Assembly: GCA_002633005.1 (NCBI GenBank)
Contig: NMRA01000881.1
Span: 1 to 64,000, forward strand
Direction of reading: 5' to 3'
DNA from: Phoronis australis
Taxonomy: Eukaryota; Animalia; Phoronida
Length of the DNA stretch: 64,000 bases
Shown: piece after piece, positions 38,098 through 50,720 of the stretch
Position numbering within the stretch: the first letter of the stretch is position 1
How the letters are laid out: the number at the start of each line of letters is the position of its first letter
The notes under the pieces: generated by a model
Seen by the model: only the letters and a program-made list of their open reading frames with translations
What the model was told of the DNA's origin: nothing
The model's database searches: none
Made by a program: the position numbers and the translations under genes

Positions 38098-39433
38098 AGG
38101 CGAAGGCAACCTTTTTTCATGTCACTTTTAGCTAAAATAAGGTTCGTTGATTATCCCAGACACATTTTTCACTTAATTACAGCTTTTCTTAATTTCATTA
38201 ATTTCTCACTTCTACTCCGGAAGTGACGTTTTGGGAGGCAAGAGTTTCGCGCCAATTTCTTTTCATTATAGTCTGACTGTGAGAGCTGTCGAGTCAGTCA
38301 TTGTTCTACCTCAGTTGTGATAAGTTCGATCGTAAATTGATTTTGTTTACAAGTCAGTCAACATGCCACGCTGTTGCTGCGTGCCGGGATGTACTCATTA
38401 TCGTCTCACACGCGCTTTGCCTGGGTACCTTGCGTCGCTTTCCGAAGGATGACACACTTCGCCGTACTTTGCTAGCTCGTTCATGTGAAGAACGCAGCGC
38501 TACCCGTCCACTCAACGTACAAAGCAGTGGAGGGTTACCGAGTGTGTGGCAAGCATTTTCTGCCGTCAGATTACGACAGAGATATGTACGCTGAATTGAT
38601 GAAGGTCCCTGCGAAACAACGCCTGAAGAAGGGTACCATACCGTCGCTGTTGATTCCCGGCAGTGCCCCGTCGCCAACCCCGAGAAGTGCGTTTTTGAAG
38701 CAAGAAGCCTCGCTAGCTGTGGCTACTATATACAGTGACTGGAGGCACTTCATCTACTGTCACCCGTGCCTCCGAACGTACCCCATTGCGTGCAATTCCG
38801 GGAACTAGCAGTGATTCGCCGTGGGCTGTTGTCTCTGTCCCAGAGCCTGTAAGCAGCCCTGCAGCAATGTTGAGTAGTGGGAGTGAATACAGGCCCAGTT
38901 CGACACCCAGTGAAGAGGACAGTTCGTCATCCAATGAACAGATCGGTGAGCCTAAGTTTGATAAGTTTATTGTGGACTTGTATTGGAGCTATTTAGAAGG
39001 TGCCAGGTGTGTGGCGAGGGGTTCACACGGCGGGATGTAAGCAGTTTGGGTGCTCAGATCACCCTCCAGTGGGAGTGAGTCGCGGGACACTCGGGCAAGT
39101 GGGACAGTTCTTCCTCTGTACGTGAGACGATAATGAGTACACCCCAGTACGCAGCAACAGCGTGGTATGTTGACCGACTCGTAAGCAAAAGCAAACGACG
39201 ACCGAACTTATCACAACCGAGGTACAACAATGACTGACTCGACTGCTCTCATAGTCAGACTATATGAAAAGAAATTGGCGCGAAATTCTTGCCTCCCAAA
39301 ACGTCACTTCCGGAGTAGACGAGGAGTAATTAATTAAATTACGAAAAGTAGTAAATAAGTAAAAAATATGTCTGGGATAATCAACGAACCTTATTTTTGC
39401 TAAAAATGACATGAAAAAAGGTTGCCTTCGTCT
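38098..39433 (+). mobile_element. Kolobok fold-back derivative with two left ends (312-bp inverted arms)
   Basis: TTAA TSD on both sides; arms 38098-38409 and 39122-39433 are inverted copies; AG...CT termini. Confidence 0.9.
38363..39115 (+). pseudogene. THAP-domain Kolobok transposase N-terminal remnant
   Basis: MPRCCCVPGC...RRFPKDDTLRR...RVCGKHF...LKKGTIPSL (THAP C2CH and AVPTIF-like motif), then KFIVD..LLELFRRCQVC...GHSGKWDSS; frameshifted. Confidence 0.85.
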
Positions 39434-42098
39434 TTAATAAATTACTTGAAACGGAGCTAAGGCGTTTTGGTCTGAACCGATTTTTGTCAAAGTTAAGACA
39501 GGAAAAGGTGACATGAAACGGGCCCCTGGTATACCTTTTAATCGTCCTACTCCAAGTCCAACGATAGATCTGCCTTCTCACCGTGAGAGGTCTTCCATGT
39601 GATTTCTGCTTACGGTCTTGCCCATGATGATCGCTCGTGGTTGTCCAGAATATTAGCAGTTAAGCGTTAAGCGTCTTTTGATAACATGGCATTAGTCTGA
39701 TCAATGACTGCGTTTGTTATGTAAGCTGATCACACTAGCACATAATAGTCCATTATGGCATCTAAAGTCCTGCCTTAATTTGTCACATGGTCGAAAAATA
39801 AACTCTGCGACATTTAACGGGAATCTCATGGGACAAGTCATTTGTATCGAATAAAAGGAAATAGGTATTGTGATGGAATCTGATGTTTGTTTGATAATTG
39901 TTAATGTCGTTTAATGCGAAACATGATATGTGTTCATAATTACTAAACTCGGAGGAAAACGTATATTATCTGAATATTGAGATTAGGATAATCTTAGAGA
40001 AAGTCATACCCAAGTATGTACAAAACTGCAGAATGAATTTGGAAAGTAGTGAAGTTTCCATTTATACCGCCTTGTTATTGCTCAGTCAAATGGTTTGCGT
40101 TTAAGTAAACTTTTCAGGAAAGAGAGGTACATTCATAGAAAAACAAGGGCATCTATTTGACATCAATATTCATGATGAAAAACTCGAAAAATTCATGAGA
40201 CCACGAGGTAATAGACATTTTATTCATTTTTGCTTTACTAAATTTTTCGTTTTTTATAAATACTTTAAAAGAACCAATTTTTATATCATCTGGTGACACA
40301 GTGATGTGCCTGAAAAGCATCCCTAGAATATTGTGAAAGTTATACAGTACATAACCTTAGGACTGAAAGGCTAGAATTGGCAGAAGCCTATGTTTTTTCA
40401 ACTTTTGACGATCATTTTTACACCCCGAAAATAAATATCGACATAACATTCTGTGTACCGCAAACTGTATTGTGCTATTTATTATTATTCATCTATTCAT
40501 ATTTTGATTCACGAGTACACAATGATAACTAATTGAACAGTACAGTATAAGAGAAACGGAAATATTTCCACGTAAATGGGTGTACATGTCACCTTTACAA
40601 AATTTCCACAAGGTATCCAATGCAATCTTACTTAATAACACCAGTTACAGCGAGATCTACTTAATTTTAAACCACAATTAAACATGTCCGCAAGGGTAGC
40701 CTCGCTTGGAAAATCTCTTCTTAAACGTTAGTATGTAACACAAATAAAAACAAAGTTTTATCTTTAAGGAAATAGCCATTACAAACTTTATACAATCATT
40801 CAGCGAGCTGAGCCCTGGCGCATTCACCCGTCTCAGTTTGAAAAGGTATAGCGTACATATCTTACCTGAGCCAAAATAGATTTATGAGTAAGGAGAAGAA
40901 AATGGAAGTTTCTACGCAGTAGTCCGAGATTTAACTGTTGCGTCAGATCAATATTTTAGCTTGCTACTACCAATATCTATCCTCGCGTGCTTTTGTCATT
41001 TAACACAGCCCACATGTGAACTCCCAGAAAATCCCTCCGTGCTTGAGATCGAATTTATTCACATTGCAAATAACTAGAAAATCCCCACATTCAGGACAAG
41101 TACTCAATCATTAAAGAGACAGGAGATTCAAATCAGGTGGAGAAAGTGCTATAATCCATATTACCTATAACCTTGTATTTGCACCCAAGAGCCTATCAGT
41201 GATGACGCAACCACTGCTTTGTAGTCAAGATGATCGTTTAATGTTACCTCCAAATATTTTTAACAATTATGCTCTATTTTCGAATCCTCAAAGGTTAAAA
41301 CTCATGGGCCAATTGTGTGTTACTGACTGTGTGAGGTGGTCGTATAGTTGTTAATCTTTCCACAGTCGCCTATAATTGTTTATTTTTCTGCGAGCAATGC
41401 AGTACGCCTAGAGGGGCTCTCGTGATTGTTTTTCCGGAGCATCGACTTACAATAATTGATATTCTGTAATTGGCGAGGACGTGCTTCGACCTATTGATAG
41501 TTGAGAGATGATCACAGCAGAGAGTCACCATGTAATAAAAAGGAAACAGCTAAGTTGTGTTTATTAGCAAGTCCACGATTGATAATATCTAAATTGAGAT
41601 AAAACTAATGAGCACGTCAGTTAACCACGTCCGTTGAGTACATTCGTAAACTTTTCAGGTAATAACGTTATTTGACTGTGGATTTAAGAGAAAGCAGAAT
41701 GACATAAAATTCGAATTCCGTTTGTCGCGTGGCATCAAAATCCGTCAAAACTGACATTGGGATGTGCGGTAGCATTGGCTGCACTTGACTGATTTTGTCA
41801 TTTCCGCGGGTTCGACAAAGTTGTCTAATGTCTACGTCCCTCGTACTCGTTTATCTGACTTTCCACGAGCCTTTATAGCGGGTTAGTGAAAATCACGCCA
41901 TTCTTTCTGTACAGATGTTTACGTAATGACCTGAAAATTTTCTGCTCGAAAATGAATGAGAGGTCATTATAAGAGATGTTCGATATACTCACTAATTATG
42001 CTTCTAATATTATATATGAACGTCGTGTATAGTCACTTTGAATTAGTGCCGCCCGACGCCTGCGCAAATCATCAGCCTCTGTTTACTTCAATTTCAAG

Positions 42099-42191
42099 TG
42101 ACGTCATGGAACTTGAAATGACCTGATTGGTTGCATCATGCACAGTGGTACTTCTTGCATATAAATGCAGTTCCTCGAGAAACTAGCTGCA
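42099..42191 (+). promoter_or_regulatory. Candidate Pol II promoter: CRE, inverted CCAAT, TATA, Inr
   Basis: TGACGTCA 42099-42106; ATTGG 42126-42130; TATAAA 42160-42165; CATT with A at 42191 (31 nt from the TATA start); donor G|GTAAGT at 42281. Confidence 0.45.
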
Positions 42192-45178
42192 TTCCATGAT
42201 TTCGTGAGTTATAAAGACAGAAGGTGCGTGGAATTATTTTCGACAATTTAAGTTGAAGTTCTAATATTCCTGTTTGAACGGTAAGTTTAGTTAATTCTTT
42301 AGGAGTTTCAGAAATGTGAGTCATTATTACCTTTTCTTGTTTTATACAAAAGAGCAACTGGTATAGGCAACTATCAACGAGTACAACCAAGGACAAACAA
42401 CTGAAACTTTAATCATAAAAGCACTAACTTGCTACGTTGCTTCGTTTTCACGTGAACTATGTTACGTTTTAAGGCCGTAGCGACTGTGATTACTCTCAAA
42501 ATCCAATTAACTGATCATTGATCTTTCCAATTTCTTCTTTCGAACTTTTGTTAAAATCTAGGTGCCTCTCTGGGAAAACTACCATCCAGTACAGTTTCAT
42601 GTACATGCAATCATAGACTGCATCCTAATATTGGGGAGGGTAACATAAAATTAATCGATCTCAGCTCATTTTCTCCGAAATGAATGATTGAAAACAAGTG
42701 TCAATTGCAGGACATGATCAGTTTCTCAAAGATTACTCGGTAAATTTACCATTCATACGAACATTGCTTTTATCAATGGTTACCAATTTCAATTGTATGG
42801 GACCAAAATGCACATTAAAACCAGTGACAGAGCTAGAAAACAAACTTGTAAACTCTACGTTGATGTTCTTTTACCAAATTTATAACCAGTAAAACGATTA
42901 ACACCTTTGCAAGGATTTTTCATTAAACTGATATATTTGCTAACTATGAGAACGCTCCGTTATTTCCGTGTAACTGCATATTATAAGCAGACAAGGAGAG
43001 AATGATAATTGCCTCTGTATAATTATCTGTACAAAGAAGACACACCCTGTCAATTTAATTAGTAAGATCTATGCCTGCTTGTTGTGTATCCGCTTTGGTT
43101 TTGCCTGGTAAGTCGTGATTCGCAGAGTGAGATCGCATCAGAGATAATAAAAGATAGTAAAACAGATCAAGTGATAAATAAGGATCAAATAAATACGCTT
43201 TTCCATTTGAGACAAGTGTTTTCAGTCAGCATTATTCTAAACATCCCTATGACAACCCAGTAAACATTGCCGGATTACCCATTAAGCAAAGGAGCAAGCT
43301 TCAGCTTATGGACCCACAAAAATTAGGCGTTCCACATTGTTGTCAGTCTCCGCTTGGAAATTGTGGCTCTGGGAGGGGAGCGAAAATTTGGGATGGAATT
43401 TAAAGGGGAATAGGCCTACACCGTACGTCAAAATTCAATCTTTGATTAAGCGCCCTGCATGTTCCTTACTATTTAGAGTAGAAATAGTTTGTTTTCAGGA
43501 GAACTCATGGGTCGTTATTGCTTTAGACGGCGCTTGAAACACGGCGGGTTAGTTTGATATAGGGGATCCCAAGGGCTTAATTTTGACTTATTTTCATTTA
43601 AAAGATAATCTTAAACGCGATGCAATTTCATGCCAAGAACAAGTGTGCCTGCGGAGGCCTAGGTAGAGTTCAGTAACGCTAGGACTTCTCTAAAAGGCAA
43701 GACTGCGAGATTACGTGTTGCCGATTATTTCAAATGAAAACACGTGGTTTTGGTTAGATTTTAGCGAGGTTCTACCGGTAGCGTTATTGATTTATACTCA
43801 GAATAGGCTTTGAGACAGTAACCAAGGTCGGCTCACAAGTGACACCCAGATCAGCCGTAAGATAGTAAAGACAAAAATGATCATTTCACATGAATACCTG
43901 AGACAATTGGCGCGAAGCAATGAAACATGTAGAACCAGTCACCAGTCGTGGTTCCCTGTCGTCATGTTATTCAATAGCTTCTTGCTGTGCCTTTATCACG
44001 TATAGGAAATCGAGTTAAGCTCCATCCATTTTAAAGAAACCATGTTTTACACCGGTAGTCTTAGGAGACCTATTCTGTTTGTGGTAGCCTTTCACTGACA
44101 AGATTAGCTTAGTTCAATCAATTGAGAACAGCCAGTAGACGATGTCCAGGCCAAATGGAACTCCTCGCTTGTCGGCTGCTAACGCGTAATATTTAGACTT
44201 ATTCACACGTGAAGAGTTCCCGCATATTGAACGCATCCGAATCCTGTAAGACAGTCGGACCAGCACAATTGCTGTTATATGACTTCGTACCGGATTTAAG
44301 CTCGGGAGCTCTCAGTGCGGCGCCATTGAATGGGAGCATTCATAGATCGTCTCGGTGCCTAGTGTTGTGGGTGCTTGCATTTGATCCATTCAGACCTTTT
44401 CACTAGATCTCGTGTAAAAATTAAATACGCTGTAATTGGCCATCAGTCTCCTGAGGCATGCAATTAAATATCTCCATCTAACCAATGGAGGATTGTTCCT
44501 TCTTCTCCACGTGTATTCGAAAAGATTCGTGATTTTTGATCCGGGTACAAACTCATTTTCTTGCATTCTCTAACTATAATCACGGAGGATTTTAATTGGC
44601 GTTCACAGTCAGTACAGTGCGTCTGGAGCATTGCCAACAATGCCAAACCCCGAAGTCAACGTGCTTGTAGGAAAAAATCAAAACTGTGTGGAAATTTGTG
44701 CAATCTTGTCTAGTTTCAATTCCAAACATTTCAAAATCAATCAAAGATTGTTAACAGACAAGGGTTTTTGTATATAAATGAATTTTATTCATATTATAAG
44801 TGTACAAGCTACAATCGGTGCAAAAATAGTAAATGATGTAAATTTAAACAGCTGAGCTGTGGTGATGTTTAGAATTCTATTAAAAGCGTAGTTCCGTTGA
44901 AAGGCTGGTTCATAATTCCGCAACATTTGAAGTAAAACAACTCTGTTAATATTGTTCAGAATTACAAAAGCCCACTGACTACATGTAGTTACAAAAGAAT
45001 TTGGTAGGGTAACCAACTTCTAATAAAGCCACTCCTAACAATAAGTAAGCGGATTTTCGAATAATTTGTAGCAGAGCTGACTGATTACGCACTTGAATTT
45101 ATGATAACCAGATAAATGAAGATGTTTAGGATTTGTCGTAAAATAGTTCTTTTGCCGTCAAAACTCGGGTTATGGTAA

Positions 45179-45435
45179 AGCGGCATTAAACCCGTTCTTT
45201 GTCAAAAATTAATTTTCAATTTACATCAACTCGTTTTAAAAAAGTGGTCTCAAGTTGTACCTTTCTCGGATGAGGAATTATTTCTAGCCTGTGCGCGATA
45301 TTTCTTGCTCTAAAATTTTTTTCCGAGCACGGAGATCCCTTTGAAACTGAGTACGGAATAATAAAAGACCAATTTTATAATGGTAAGTAGTCTAAATCTA
45401 AACTTTTTTTTACAGAAAACGGGTTTGTAGCCGCT
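45179..45435. mobile_element. Kolobok-like MITE, 257 bp
   Basis: TIRs AGCGGCATTAAACCCGTT / AACGGGTTTGTAGCCGCT; flanks GTAA and TTAA. Confidence 0.65.
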
Positions 45436-45604
45436 TTAAGTATGTAATCGAAGATTGCACAAAGCAAACAAACAGCTTCTTATTTAATTTGCACTTTCTT
45501 ATCTACTAAAGTTTTACTTTTCATGCACAAAAATGGGGACACATTTATAACATGTAACTTTCTGTGTAAAATATTATTATAAGTGGGAACACCTGTGTCA
45601 GTTA

Positions 45605-45750
45605 CGGGTGATCAACCAATGTTATGTTTGAAACAGCGTTCACAAAAGACAACAGAGACGAACGTGCCAGGGTGGATTCACCTATATCAATATGAATCAA
45701 CCGTCATGACGGGTTAATCTTTGTTTATATAGGTGGCCCCATCGGTGTGG
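45605..45750 (+). repeat. Short copy of the minisatellite-bearing repeat
   Basis: GGGTGATCAACCAA..ACAACAGAG..AAC.TGCCAG..TCATGACGGGTT..TATATAGGTG is shared with 46833-47230. Confidence 0.7.
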
Positions 45751-46832
45751 GTGCATCAATATTTTCATAAGTTACACGTTTTTCAGTGACAACAAAAAAT
45801 AATTTTGGGGAATAGAAAATTGCCTCTACCGATTAAAAACAACAAACATGGTTTTGGAGTTACGTAATGGCAAGAGATTTTTAATAAAATGCTTTTGTGC
45901 TTGTTTTAAATTTCTTTTATTAGGCACAATATTTTTCTTGACTTGATTTTTATATCTATAATCTTAATGTCGTTTTATGTGTTTTACGTTATTACTTTTG
46001 ATTTTCTGATACTGAGGAAATTATTTCCTTGTCCCTAAGCGTGGAGTTCACTAGGAATACGAAAATGCTTTAGATTTTTAACCACTTGTTGGTTTTGTTA
46101 AAAAAGTCTAGTCTAAAGCTCCACCTCACGTGACCATGTGAAAGAAACTGCGTTGTAAATTACATGAATGCTCTTGACTCACAGTTTAAATTACACTCTT
46201 TTCCAGTGTTGCGATAAGTACATTTCCATATAGGTGGCGCTGTGACAGGGAACATAAAGAGCGTCTAGTCTTGCTGGTTGACAGTTGCTAATTGTAGAGA
46301 CATTTTAAGATTTTAAGACGACACTCCAATTAGCACGATTCTCGCCTGTAGGCAGGACTTTTTACCACGCTACTTAGTTCATGGTTCAAACTGCTGTCAT
46401 TTAATTAGATTGCTGACAGATAGACTTTCGCATGACATATTCTCATACAGGCTTCGTTTAAAAAAGCTACAATGATAACGAAAAGGTCTCCACCGCATTT
46501 TTATCTAAATTGACCTTAGTTATAACTCAATACAAGGTCCGATAATTATTTTGGGTTGAAAACCAAACTACTGTGTAAATGTAGGTAATGGTTGCACCAT
46601 AGCACTTCTTGAGGAAGACATCTTGTATGGCACCATTAAAGGGTGAGGTGTAAATTATTTAATGCTTTCTGGTGCAGTGCATATGTGGTCACAAAGCCTT
46701 TTTCAGGGTGCGAGGGGTGGCCAAGGGGGTATATTGTTGTCCCTCAGTGAATTTGGTTTTAACAGCAATATTGTGCTCCGCATCTAAATAAATATACGAA
46801 TTTCTATGTAGAATATGATTATAAGGGTGTAA

Positions 46833-47230
46833 AGGGTGATCAACCAAGGCAATGTTTGAAACTGGGTGTACCAAAAACAACAGAGGTGAACATGCCAGAG
46901 TGAGTCAACTTATATAAATGTAAGTAAACCATCATGACGGGTTCACTTATATAAATATATACAGACCCGTCCCGATGGGGCCACCTATATAAATATAGTT
47001 CGACCCACCATGTTGCTTTCACTTATATTAATAAAGATGGACCCATCCCGATGGGCTCGTCTACATAAATATCAGGCACCAATTATGACGGGTCCACTTA
47101 TATAAGTATCAATTGACCAAACCCAGTGCTCCATTTATATTGAGACAAGTGGATCCATCACGGCGGGTCGACTTAGATGAACTCACCCCAGTTTGAACTT
47201 TTTATATAGGTGCGATTTCACCCATAGGGG
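46833..47230 (+). repeat. Repeat with an expanded palindromic minisatellite (unit about 37 bp, about 8 degenerate units)
   Basis: Units CAC(T/C)TATATAAATAT-n-GACCC(A/G)TC-nn-GA(C/T)GGG. Confidence 0.75.
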
Positions 47231-47898
47231 TGGTTCCAGCTATGTTTATTTTGATCGAACTACCGTGGCGAGATTCATGCAGGCATGCCCACGATGGGCC
47301 CATCTGTAATTTCCACCGTGACAGGTCCACTTGCTCTGATTTTATTTGAATAGGTGTTGTGGTTATGGTGGGTGTCAGAACTTCTACTTATAGACTGAAG
47401 TCCATCTAGTAAGAGCACAGTCATTAGGTAATGTTTGAAAGGTGAGATAAAACTGGACGCATAAGATTTTACAGTGTGGCAAAACATATTTTGAAGGCAC
47501 TGGCACAGTGGAATTAGAGATACTACCAACAAAGCAATTACCGAGCAATGACAAATTTTGCACTCGAGGCTACCACTGTATTTGACTGTTGTGTTGTTTT
47601 GGAAGATATTTTAGCGTAAACTCGCAAAAAATGATCAGTAGGCTGCACTAAACTCTGTCTACCAAATACTTCATTCCAATTTAGCCATAAAACACACACC
47701 ATGAGCAGCCCCTGTTAGGTGTGGTTGGCAATACTACCCAACAGTCTGTTCAGTATCTAAAAATTTGTATTTTAACCCACGGGAAACTAGGTCGCAAGTT
47801 CGTCGCACAGATATGGCTAGAAAGGCCTATCCATTGTTCACTTTGTTTTTTCTTTCTTATGATAAAATAATGGTAAGTATTTATCGGTATCTGATGTG

Positions 47899-48072
47899 CG
47901 CCCAAGGTAAGATATCCGTGCTACCTATATTGTTATATCCAACAAATACGCAACAAAGGAAAACAATGGTAGCGTCCCATAGCCGATAAACATGCGACGT
48001 GCTTATGGCCGTCGCATGGATCTCGCAAGTTAAACGATAGCTTCCGACCTCCATACGACGTCATTTGGCATG
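47899..48072 (+). repeat. Dispersed repeat of about 175 bp, copy 2
   Basis: Aligns with 29357-29532. Confidence 0.8.
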
Positions 48073-49759
48073 GGAACACAACTGAGAGACAGATTAATTG
48101 GAAACTCAGCATTTATGTTTTAAAAAGAGAATATATAAGATGTCATTTAGCACTCTCCATAACTTTTTCAGATTTCTATATTTTAAGTCTTTGCCACCAA
48201 TTTTTTGCACACACTTTGATAAAAAATAGTTAGGTTTTTGAGTAGCACGTCCCGCATAGTACGAGAGTATCGCCCCATTCGTGAAATAAATGTCCACCTC
48301 ATCATGAAAAGAGACCGCAACTGTACAAAGAGCAATCAGATTCAGTAGTCACTGCAAATTGTTGACTAACAGTGACAATAATAAGGCAGCACGGTCATTC
48401 TTCAGTACTATGGCAAAGACTCACTGTTCTGTGTTCGTCTAGATGCCAGTGGATTAATTGCAAGCAAAGCAAATTTCAGCTTTAAGGTTCTGGTACCTGC
48501 GTCTCATCATTCTCCAATGCATCAATTTGTTGTTCTTTGTATATCATTAATGAAATGTGACAGACAAAATTCCCTACAAAAGGCCCTTTTGGGACATTGA
48601 AGCTCTATAAAAGGTTCCTTTTCCGGCTACACAAATTTACAGAAGTGTTTACAACTTCATCTGTATGTTTGAAACATTGCTTACAAAATATGTACTTACT
48701 CTTTTTTAACATTATGGCATCTTTTCTTGTACTGATTCAGGCTTTAAAGGTGAAAGCTCTACTGTACAAGAACCCTTATCGACAAAAAAGGAAGTGTTTC
48801 TGAAACAAAACTCTACGAAAAATTGGCCATTTCATGGAAGCTCCCTTTAAAAATTACTCTTTTCGAGTTCGCTTTAAATTGGTGGTTATCCTAGTTACCC
48901 AGTTGCACTAGCTTTAAAAATAGAATTGAGTTTCCTCGGGATATATAATGGCTTCAACAAAGTTATCAAGGCTTGCGGGACTGTTAACACGGCTCTGGCA
49001 TTTGTAGACGGCTAAGGAAATCTTCGTTGCTCATCAACGAGTTTGCGAGGGGATGAGAGTGCTTAAACTGTGTTTTTCGGTGCGAAAGCCTATGTGTGTA
49101 GACACGATTCGTTAACCAAAGAAGTGAATTTAAACGTCCATGACCGTCCTTTAGCTTTGTCCTTCGGCTAGCCGGAGAATAAAATTTAGTTTTGGCACAG
49201 TTTTTATGACCACTTTAGAGCGTATAAAAATAATTTAGGAGCTGCGTAAAAAGTATGATTTTTAACAATGCTGATTAAGAAATAGCTTTCTTGAACGAAC
49301 ATTGATCACGTTACTGCATATTCCGTTTACTTACCGTAAGCTCACAGTGGATGTCTTCAAACAACAGCTGACTACTAACTCTTACCGACTTCAAAGTAGT
49401 AATGGTCAAACAAAAAACCTTTTAGAAAAAAAATATAAAACAAGAGATCAAAGATTTTACTTCAGTAACCACGGTTGATTTGAAGTAATACCTTCGCTTC
49501 AGTTTCCTCTTAAAATGAATCAACCACTGACGGAGCACCCAAAATGTGATTTTTCTATAAACTTGATTTAAGCCACATGACTACACTGGCCGTGTGCAAG
49601 GCTAACTCGATGGAACAAAATAACAAGTCGTACGTGGCTGACAGAAAAAATTGTCCAGTCGCGATATCTAACGTCCAACTATATAACCTGAGCTCAAACA
49701 CCACATTTGAATGTTCATTTTTTGGCAACAGCCAAATGTGTTGTTTTGTCTTATTGTTT

Positions 49760-50720
49760 GTTGCAATTTCCTTTGTTCGTACGCTACGGATCGCTTTCTG
49801 ATCCGATCGACATGCAACTTACACACAACACGCGTCTCATTAATATCTCAAAGACTATTATTTTGGGTTGAAATCTGACACATGATGGCGCTGTGGCGGC
49901 CCTTTTTCACTGTTATGGTTTGCGGAGCCTAGCATAAGGATGTTTTTCTGAAATTTGGTATGTAAAGACAACTCTTTAAGGGTCGTAGGGTATGTTCCAT
50001 CTCTTTTTCTCTACATCCTACCGCTCTCAAGATATTCGGCATTTTCCTTTCTGGTGACTGCTCTTTAAATGATTGGATTTTCGCCTTATATCTCCATCTT
50101 CTCGTGTTGTACAGATTGCATTTCATGTTCGATCGATATGAAATTCACCCACAACAGGTGCCTTGTCTATAGACTCGTTTTAATTGAAATCGAACGCAAG
50201 ATGGTGCTGTGGCGACCTTTTTGCCTTTTTTCCTTTTACGGAGCCATAACTCCTCAGTTCTTAGAGGGATTTTTCTGAAATTTATTATGTTGTGTGGATA
50301 TTTCAAGAGCTATTGGATGCACCATATCCGTTTTCTTTACCACTTTCCGTTCTAGAGTTATTCCATATTTTAAATGACTACTCTTAATAAGAGTGATTTC
50401 TTGTTCCATGCCTTCAGATGTCCTGAGACGAATCTTTCTGAACTTTGGCTTGTGGATAGCTCTTCTCAAACACTATCTAAATGATACCGTCTGTTTACCA
50501 TTGCGACTTAATATTCTCAAATTAGTTGACATTTACTGGTTAGAGGATCTTTTATTGACCAATTCCTCTTTGCACTTTTGTTGGTCAATCACACTTACGC
50601 TACAGGCCACATTTTTGCTCCCTACATAGGTGGCGTATCTCGTGAAAACCTTGAGCCTTTTGTTTTTGTGCGAAATTGGACACATGATGGCGTTGCGATA
50701 GTCTTTAGAGCTCTAACTTC
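49760..50720. repeat. Interspersed repeat with internal subrepeats
   Basis: Three related GAAAT..(G)ACACATGATGGCG.TG motifs (about 49870, 50185, 50672) and repeated TTTTCTGAAATTT. Confidence 0.5.

Noticed and set aside
46890-47180. CRISPR-like array of palindromic ~37-bp repeats
   Set aside because: Units are degenerate and contiguous with no unique spacers; no cas genes; eukaryotic context
48714-48803. MASFLVLIQALKVKA... short hydrophobic ORF downstream of repeat copy 2
   Set aside because: Short hydrophobic core, no splice or promoter support, and no similarity to the 30015 gene
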